Positions 57,968 through 64,000 of a stretch of DNA of 64,000 bases are shown here, one piece after another. A program made the translations under genes and the position numbers. Under the pieces are notes generated by a model. It was not told where the DNA came from. It worked only from the letters and a program-made list of their open reading frames with translations, and searched no databases. Within the stretch, counting starts at the first letter, position 1. Each line of letters opens with the position of its first letter. Origin of the DNA: Candidatus Woesebacteria bacterium (GTDB lineage: Bacteria > Patescibacteriota > Microgenomatia > UBA10105 > UBA927); NCBI GenBank assembly GCA_018062625.1, contig JAGORV010000003.1, positions 12,007-76,006 of the forward strand, given 5' to 3'.

Positions 57968-57972
57968 CCAGA

Positions 57973-58866
57973 TTAGATATTAGATTCTTCGAGTTCGGCA
58001 AGAAGTTCTCGCTGTCTGCGAGAAAGATGTGTAGGCACATGAAGTTGGATTTTAACGTATTGATCGCCCCGACCGCTTCCTCGCACATGTGGAGCCCCTT
58101 TGCCACGAAGGCGAATTAGCGTGCCAGCCTGCGTTCCCGGTTGAATTCGGATAGTAACAGGCTCCTCAACCGTTGGAACCTCTATGGCACCACCTAAAGC
58201 AGCTAATGAGAAGGGAATTGCGCGCTCAATAAATATATCATCGCCTTCTCGCTGAAACTGTTTATCAGCTTTGACGGAAATTACAAGATCAAATTCATCA
58301 AATCGAATACGAGATCCGCTATCTACACCCGCTGGAATTTTTATGGTCTTTTTCACTGACCCTTCTCCTGCTTCTCCACGAGGTACATGAATTTCTCGTG
58401 TGACCCCTTTTATAGCATCCATAAAATCTATAGAGATTTCGTATGCTGGATGTGCGCGCCTCCGCTGGCCACCACGAGCTCCGCCGCCGCCAAAAAATTG
58501 CTCGAATATATCAAAAGGATCGATAAAGTCTGAACCAAATGGATTTTGCCCACCGCTACTATATGAATAGCTAAATGGCCCTTGTCCACCAAAACCCCCA
58601 CCAAACGGATTTCCCTGTCCTGCCCCAGCGCCTCCGCCTCCCGGAGAAAATGGTGCATGCCCGTACTGGTCATATGTCTGCTTCTTCTGAGGATCAGACA
58701 ATACCGCATATGCTTCGTTTATCTCTTTAAACTTCTCACTAGCGTTTGCAGCCTTGTTTCGATCTGGATGCCACTCCAACGCAAGCTTCCGATATGCTTT
58801 TTTCATTTCATCTGCGGAAGCAGTTTTGGACACACCCAATACTTCGTAAAAATCTCGTTTGGCCAT
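57973..58866 (-). CDS. dnaJ: DnaJ-type co-chaperone lacking the zinc-finger domain
   Basis: J domain with HPD, G/F-rich region and C-terminal substrate domains; no CxxCxGxG repeats. Confidence 0.9.
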   Translation of the reverse strand: MAKRDFYEVLGVSKTASADEMKKAYRKLALEWHPDRNKAANASEKFKEINEAYAVLSDPQKKQTYDQYGHAPFSPGGGGAGAGQGNPFGGGFGGQGPFSYSYSSGGQNPFGSDFIDPFDIFEQFFGGGGARGGQRRRAHPAYEISIDFMDAIKGVTREIHVPRGEAGEGSVKKTIKIPAGVDSGSRIRFDEFDLVISVKADKQFQREGDDIFIERAIPFSLAALGGAIEVPTVEEPVTIRIQPGTQAGTLIRLRGKGAPHVRGSGRGDQYVKIQLHVPTHLSRRQRELLAELEESNI

Positions 58867-58887
58867 AAGATATCGCTATTATACCAA

Positions 58888-58911
58888 CTAGGCGCGCTTT
58901 CGCGCGCCTAG
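58888..58911. promoter_or_regulatory. 10-bp GC-rich inverted repeat between dnaK and dnaJ
   Basis: CTAGGCGCGC-TTTC-GCGCGCCTAG read directly; on the reverse strand it is followed by TGGTATAAT. Confidence 0.6.
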
Positions 58912-58933
58912 AGTTTTATAATATATTTTATAA

Positions 58934-60844
58934 TTAACTAACGACTTCGCCTTCTTCAACTTTTTTGCCTTTATCGTCTTTTTTGGCTTTATCATCTGCT
59001 GGTACCTCATCTACTGACGCTCCATCAGCGGGTGCTCCACCTGCTGGAGGCGCTTGTTGATACATAGCGGCTCCCAGTTTCTGTACTACATCAGACAATT
59101 CACTTGTTGCCTTCTCCAAATCTTCTTTGGATCCAGTCTCAAGAATATCCTTGAGTGCTTTTGTCTTTTCCTCTATCACTTTTTTATCTTCTTCTTTGGC
59201 TTTGTCACCAGCATCCTTCACTGTTTTCTCTGCCAAGTAGATCATGTTGTCTGCTTTATTTCTCGATTCGATTTTATCTTTCTTTTCCGAATCTTCGGCA
59301 GCATGCGCTTCTGCTTCTTGGCGCATTTTCTCTACTTCATCCTTAGACAATCCAGTAGAGCCGGTGATCGTAATCTTTGACTCTTTGTTGCTGGCTTTAT
59401 CTTTGGCTGCCACATTTAAGATACCGCTGGCATCAATATCAAAGGTTACCTCAACCTGAGGAATACCGCGTGGTGCTGGCGGAATGCCGGAAAGCACAAA
59501 TCGTCCAAGCGACTTATTATCGGTCGCCATTGGCCGCTCTCCTTGCAAAACGTTGATTTCAACAGACGTCTGATTATCTGCAGCCGTTGAATATATCTCT
59601 GTTTTACTGGTCGGAACCGTTGTGTTTCGTGGAATCATGGGTGTAGACACACCTCCCAATGTTTCGACACTGAGGGTAAGTGGTGTCACATCCAAAAGCA
59701 CAACGTCTTTTACTTCTCCAGTAAGTACTCCAGCTTGCACAGCAGCACCGATTGCCACCACTTCATCAGGATTAACTGATGCATTTGGATCTTTACCAAA
59801 GAATGATTTTACGATTTCAACGACTTTTGGCATGCGGGTCATACCACCCACAAGTACTATTTCGTTGATATCTCCAACTTTAAGCTTTGCATCAGTGAGA
59901 CATTTTTTCACTGGTTCAATAGATTTTTGAATCAAAGGCTCAACGATTTGCTCAAGCTTCGCCCGAGATAGCTTCATGACCAAATGAAGTGGTCCATCTT
60001 TACCTTGGGTCACAAATGGCAAATTGATTTCCGCTTCCAAAGAACTAGAAAGCTCTATTTTTGCCTTCTCTGCTGCATCTCGTAGTCGCTGTAGTGCCTG
60101 ACTATCTTTGCGAAGATCAACACTATTTTCTTTCTTAAACTCATCAGCCAAATAATCAAGAATGGCTTTATCAAAGTCATCTCCCCCAAGATGAGTATCA
60201 CCATTGGTTGCTTTGACTTCGTATACACCTTCTCCCAATTCTAAAATTGAAATATCAAATGTTCCACCACCAAGATCGTATACCGCTATGGTGTGAGCAT
60301 TTTTCTTATCTAATCCATACGCAAGTGCGGCTGCAGTTGGCTCATTTATAATACGCATAACCTCCAAACCTGCGATCTCCCCTGCTTGTTTCGTCGCTTG
60401 TCGTTCGCTATCGTCAAAATATGCAGGAACAGTAATCACTGCCTGTTTGACTGGCTCACCCAAATACTTCTCTGCATCTGCTTTAATTTTGGCCAATATC
60501 TTTGCAGAGATTTCTTGTGGGGTGAATTGTCGCCCTTCAACCTCTACGACAGCCATATCATTTTTGCCGGCTTTTATCGTGTATGGTAACCACTTCATAT
60601 CTGCTTGAACGCTTGGGTCAGAGAACTTGCGACCCATCAAGCGTTTACCAGAAAAAATAGTGGATTTTGGATTGAGCACCATTTGTCGCTTTGCGACATC
60701 ACCGACAATATTTTTTATGGGATCAACAACAGATGGAATAACGTTACGTCCTTCTGCAGAGTGAATAACTTTTGGCGCTCCGCCTTCCATAACAGATACA
60801 CAAGAATTTGTTGTTCCTAAATCAATACCTATAATTTTTGCCAT
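58934..60844 (-). CDS. dnaK: Chaperone DnaK (Hsp70)
   Basis: [18 protein letters not shown]; ATG 60844 is preceded by GGAGG at 6 nt. Confidence 0.97.
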   Translation of the reverse strand: MAKIIGIDLGTTNSCVSVMEGGAPKVIHSAEGRNVIPSVVDPIKNIVGDVAKRQMVLNPKSTIFSGKRLMGRKFSDPSVQADMKWLPYTIKAGKNDMAVVEVEGRQFTPQEISAKILAKIKADAEKYLGEPVKQAVITVPAYFDDSERQATKQAGEIAGLEVMRIINEPTAAALAYGLDKKNAHTIAVYDLGGGTFDISILELGEGVYEVKATNGDTHLGGDDFDKAILDYLADEFKKENSVDLRKDSQALQRLRDAAEKAKIELSSSLEAEINLPFVTQGKDGPLHLVMKLSRAKLEQIVEPLIQKSIEPVKKCLTDAKLKVGDINEIVLVGGMTRMPKVVEIVKSFFGKDPNASVNPDEVVAIGAAVQAGVLTGEVKDVVLLDVTPLTLSVETLGGVSTPMIPRNTTVPTSKTEIYSTAADNQTSVEINVLQGERPMATDNKSLGRFVLSGIPPAPRGIPQVEVTFDIDASGILNVAAKDKASNKESKITITGSTGLSKDEVEKMRQEAEAHAAEDSEKKDKIESRNKADNMIYLAEKTVKDAGDKAKEEDKKVIEEKTKALKDILETGSKEDLEKATSELSDVVQKLGAAMYQQAPPAGGAPADGASVDEVPADDKAKKDDKGKKVEEGEVVS

Positions 60845-60873
60845 ATATGGCCTCCTTTTATAAATAACCAATA

Positions 60874-61341
60874 CTAATTACTCCGCTCGGATGATGTGTC
60901 AGCCCCAGAAGATTTACCAACCTTTACTTGGGCAATACGTAATACTTTTCCTCGAAACATATATCCAACGAGCAATTCTTCTACCACTTCATTATCTTTC
61001 CCACTCACTACTTCAATACACTCCATTTGATGTGGATCAAATTGCTCGCCTAACACTTTGATAGGTGTAACGCCTTGTTCTTCTATAACTGCAAGCAATT
61101 CTTTATACGCCAAATCAAATCCCATATCTTTTATATGATTTTTCACTTTTGTAAATGTATCCAGAACTGGCAAGATACGCTGTAAAATCATCTCGGCTGC
61201 AAATTTACGCGCCTCTCCAACCTGATCCTGTGCACGCTTATCCAAATTTTGATAATCGGCAAGAACGCGCATGTACTTAGTTTTCCATTCTTCGGTTTCC
61301 TTTTTTAACACTTCTATTTGTGGGTCAAGTTGTTTTTTCAT
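60874..61341 (-). CDS. grpE: Nucleotide exchange factor GrpE
   Basis: RVLADYQN and FDP..H.. motifs; operon position. Confidence 0.92.
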   Translation of the reverse strand: MKKQLDPQIEVLKKETEEWKTKYMRVLADYQNLDKRAQDQVGEARKFAAEMILQRILPVLDTFTKVKNHIKDMGFDLAYKELLAVIEEQGVTPIKVLGEQFDPHQMECIEVVSGKDNEVVEELLVGYMFRGKVLRIAQVKVGKSSGADTSSERSN

Positions 61342-61344
61342 ATA

Positions 61345-62076
61345 TCAACGTGCAGTTGCAAACTCATCAATCAATCCACCCATATATTGCACAACTGGAA
61401 TAATGTTAGAGTAATTCAACCTAGTCGGTCCAATTACCCCAATCGCTCCCACCACATGTGGTGTTTTAAACTTAAAGTATATAAATCCACACTGAGCTAG
61501 CGCGCCACTCATCAAATCATCACCCACAAGAATGGAAAATGGGTCTGCATGACTTTCCATGACATTCCACCAAAAATTTCGTTCGTCCAAACTTTCCAGT
61601 AATTCGTGAGTCAGCTGATAGTCATAAAATTCTGGCATTTCTAATATGTTTGCCGCCCCAGAATAATACAAGTCACCCTCATTGGTTGCAGTGAGCGCGA
61701 GTGTATGTGTCTTTTCTGCAAGTGCCTTGGTCGCCTCTCGCAATAACTTGTCGATTTCTTGTCTGTAATCCCAAATTTTTTCCTTTACCGCCACTTCTTC
61801 GGCAACAGACATATCTTTTGCCTTCATAAGATGCTCAACGTAATACTTGAGCGCTTGCGATGTAGGACTACGCCCCGCTGAAGTATGTGGTTGATGCAAC
61901 ATTCCCATTTCGGTCAATCTCACCATTTCGTTACGAATCGTCGCGGGAGACACGCCAAGATTATATTTTTTATCTAGCGTTTCACTCCCTACAGATTCAG
62001 CAGTTGCAATATATTCCTCAATTATTGCTTTCAAAATCTGTATCTGTCGTGGCGTAAGATCTGTACGTGGGTCCAT
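61345..62076 (-). CDS. hrcA: Heat-inducible transcription repressor HrcA (short, 243 aa)
   Basis: N-terminal wHTH (LT.RQ..IL..I...Y......VGS..L, SPATIRNEM..L...G); CIRCE lies immediately upstream. Confidence 0.88.
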   Translation of the reverse strand: MDPRTDLTPRQIQILKAIIEEYIATAESVGSETLDKKYNLGVSPATIRNEMVRLTEMGMLHQPHTSAGRSPTSQALKYYVEHLMKAKDMSVAEEVAVKEKIWDYRQEIDKLLREATKALAEKTHTLALTATNEGDLYYSGAANILEMPEFYDYQLTHELLESLDERNFWWNVMESHADPFSILVGDDLMSGALAQCGFIYFKFKTPHVVGAIGVIGPTRLNYSNIIPVVQYMGGLIDEFATAR

Positions 62077-62085
62077 ATTGTTGAT

Positions 62086-62112
62086 TTAGCACTAATATAC
62101 CGCGAGTGCTAA
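62086..62112. promoter_or_regulatory. CIRCE operator (HrcA binding site)
   Basis: TTAGCACTA-N9-GAGTGCTAA versus consensus TTAGCACTC-N9-GAGTGCTAA. Confidence 0.92.
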
Positions 62113-62122
62113 TCATTGTCAA
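62094..62122 (-). promoter_or_regulatory. hrcA operon promoter overlapping CIRCE
   Basis: Reverse strand: TTGACA (62122-62117), 17-nt spacer, TATATT (62099-62094). Confidence 0.65.
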
Positions 62123-62212
62123 GACCTCTTTTTCACCTCTCAAATCCTACTTGTTTTATGCCTCACAATCCTATTGCCAAGAACGTATGTGTTCTTCATA
62201 ATGAGTAAAGAC

Positions 62213-63259
62213 ATGAAAAGAGTTGTTTTTATTATTGTTGGACTGATTACTTTGATTGCTATACCTGCTACTGTCTTTCTTTCCATGCGAAGTCAGGAGT
62301 TACGCAAGCGTGCAGCACCTGCAACAAACATAGCGCTTTCCCCAGCGTCCGTTACAAAAGCTCCAAATGAGGAATTTACCCTTGAGGCAAGGCTCGACAC
62401 AGGAGACAATCAGGTTGTTGCCGCACAGATAAACATCGTCTACGACCCAACCAAACTCGAAGCATTAACCATAAATAATGGTACGCTTTTCCCAAATATT
62501 ATTTCCTCTGGAGTTATCGGAAATGGAACAGCGTCTATTGCAGTGGGCGCTGCAAATACTACGACACCAATCCACGGTACTGGAACTGCAGCGGTAATTA
62601 AATTTAAAGCGCTCAGTTCCACCACAAGCCCTGTCAGTATTCGATTTGCCAATGATACATATGTGGGCGCTCTCGGTGAGGGAAGTGTCAATGTGTTAAT
62701 TGGCTCATCCCCAACTACAGTAATCATCACTGGTGGAAATAATATTTCGGTAACTCCAACAGCTACGCCGTCAGCTACGATAAACCCTACAACCACATTG
62801 ACCCCCACGCTTACCCCTACACAAGGAGCAAGTGATAGCGCCTCCACGTCAGCGGTCACAATAAAAACGCCAACAGTAAATCAGTCCGTTACAACTGATC
62901 AACCTACGATCACAGGAAAAGCTCCCGCTGGATCTGTAGTCACCATCGTGATTCATTCTTCTGAAGAAATCACTGCAACAGTAACTGCAGACGCAAACGG
63001 AAATTGGACCTATACAGTACCTCAACCAATATCAAGTGGTCCACATACGATTGTGGTGGCAGCAAAAGACCCAAGCACAAATCAAACTACCACAGCAACA
63101 CTCGCATTTGTTGTGGCATCAGGAGCTGAAAATGGCGCTTCGGGCAGTGCAATACCTGCGACCGGCGCTGTAGAAAACACATTTCTTTTATTGGGCCTAG
63201 GTATTATATTTATACTTGCGGGGTCATTTGTACCAATGCTGGCTCGCCGACCGTTATGA
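62213..63259 (+). CDS. Cell-surface cohesin-domain protein with Ig-like domain and sortase sorting signal
   Basis: Signal peptide; cohesin-like pattern (AAQINIVYDPTKLEAL...GTAAVIKFKAL); TP linker; Ig-like domain; C-terminal IPATG, a hydrophobic stretch and RR. Start 62213 preferred (alternatives 62201 and 62174). Confidence 0.75.
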   Translation: MKRVVFIIVGLITLIAIPATVFLSMRSQELRKRAAPATNIALSPASVTKAPNEEFTLEARLDTGDNQVVAAQINIVYDPTKLEALTINNGTLFPNIISSGVIGNGTASIAVGAANTTTPIHGTGTAAVIKFKALSSTTSPVSIRFANDTYVGALGEGSVNVLIGSSPTTVIITGGNNISVTPTATPSATINPTTTLTPTLTPTQGASDSASTSAVTIKTPTVNQSVTTDQPTITGKAPAGSVVTIVIHSSEEITATVTADANGNWTYTVPQPISSGPHTIVVAAKDPSTNQTTTATLAFVVASGAENGASGSAIPATGAVENTFLLLGLGIIFILAGSFVPMLARRPL

Positions 63260-64000
63260 GCATACTTATTCGTCATGTAACAGGAAGAACGACATCACTT
63301 GTTTCTCTTCTTGCACTCACAATATTTTTACCGCTATTTGTCACGTTGGTATATCAGGCATATAACTTTGTCTCAAAGGCTTCTGGAACACCAGCAGTGA
63401 TATTTGTAGACGTAAAAGCTGAGCAAGAACAAATAAAAACAGACTTCTACCACTCATTTGCGCAAGGTGGCGAAGAGCGCACAGACATGCTTGCGTCCAT
63501 CATACCTGAGGTGAAAGCGCTTCGACCCAAATATATTCGTCTCGATCATCTCTACGACAATTATAATGTTGTAGATAGATCTGGAAGTGGACTCACCTAT
63601 AACTGGGGAGCACTGGATCGCGCAGTTGATTCCATCATCGCAACTGGAGCTAAACCCGTCCTAGCACTCTCCTATATGCCGAATGTGATAGCAAAAGATG
63701 GCGTGATCATAAATCCGCCCAACGACTGGAACGAGTGGGCACAAGTCGTTACAGCAACGATTGAGCACTTTAGCGGTAAATCTCAACGAAACATAAACGA
63801 TATACAATATGAAGTGTGGAATGAACCCGATCTTGAACAATTCGGAAAGTGGTCATTGGGTGGCGAAAAAAATTACCTTACACTCTACAAATATGCTGCA
63901 ATTGGTGCGTCCAATGCAAAAGGTGTAAACAGTTTTGGACTTGGTGGTCCTTCCACAACGGGATTATATCAACGATGGATCGAGGCACTCGTCCAAAGTG
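63256..64000 (+). CDS. Membrane-anchored clan GH-A glycoside hydrolase, GH39-like (5' part; runs off the window end)
   Basis: Not in ORF track because open-ended. My translation: MSILIRHVTGRTTSLVSLLALTIFLPLF...YEVWNEPDLEQFGKW. It contains the NEP acid/base motif, and its ATGA overlaps the upstream stop. Confidence 0.6.
   Translation, partial: MSILIRHVTGRTTSLVSLLALTIFLPLFVTLVYQAYNFVSKASGTPAVIFVDVKAEQEQIKTDFYHSFAQGGEERTDMLASIIPEVKALRPKYIRLDHLYDNYNVVDRSGSGLTYNWGALDRAVDSIIATGAKPVLALSYMPNVIAKDGVIINPPNDWNEWAQVVTATIEHFSGKSQRNINDIQYEVWNEPDLEQFGKWSLGGEKNYLTLYKYAAIGASNAKGVNSFGLGGPSTTGLYQRWIEALVQS

Noticed and set aside
1-64000. Alternative genetic code (UGA or UAG reassignment, as in some CPR lineages) and CRISPR arrays
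   Set aside because: All conserved genes (rpoB, rpoC, fusA, dnaK, pnp, ftsK) are full length under the standard code with no in-frame stops. No regularly spaced direct repeats are present.

Overview
This is a gene-dense (~90% coding) 64-kb window, mostly on the reverse strand, from a small AT-leaning bacterial genome that uses the standard genetic code. All calls rest on reading the sequence and the ORF track and on remembered family motifs; no database search was run.

Several features suggest a Candidate Phyla Radiation / Patescibacteria (Microgenomates-like) organism, which is an inference:
- short AlaRS, IF-2 and HrcA
- a DnaJ without a zinc finger
- an archaeal-type AMP phosphorylase-like gene
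- DUF2079, a sortase, and cohesin/PKD surface proteins
- ribosomal proteins with basic tails

Gene order along the window:
- S10-operon genes from rpsQ (partial, not in the ORF track) to rplC, then rpsJ-tuf-fusA.
- A 6.7-kb bidirectional accessory island that splits the str operon. It carries an XRE regulator, a thioredoxin plus DipZ-like thiol-redox pair, a PQQ-type dehydrogenase-like propeller, a Tat-signal orphan and alkA.
- rpsG-rpsL-rpoC-rpoB.
- A DUF5680 plus Fe-S PD-(D/E)XK nuclease pair.
- An envelope-related block: cyclophilin, two mltG paralogs, DUF2207, a YgjP peptidase, NUDIX, an AMP-phosphorylase-like gene and a sortase.
- A 797-aa membrane protein with a degenerate actin/Hsp70-like domain, next to alaS.
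- Transporters, cutA and DUF2079.
- A RodZ-like gene, ftsK, rnj, a stand-alone Lon AAA+ module, pnp and rpsO.
- An RDD protein, a DHH phosphoesterase, infB and nusA.
- hrcA-grpE-dnaK-dnaJ with a CIRCE operator.
- A cohesin-domain sortase substrate coupled to a GH39-like hydrolase (partial, not in the ORF track).

I saw no rRNA, tRNA, CRISPR array, transposase or integrase.

The most notable non-coding signals are:
- Five leaders where a promoter-like element is followed by an intrinsic-terminator-like hairpin just before the start codon (rplC, fusA, rpoB, nusA, rpsO).
- A recurrent -10 box 6-11 nt upstream of ATG with no Shine-Dalgarno sequence, which suggests leaderless mRNAs.
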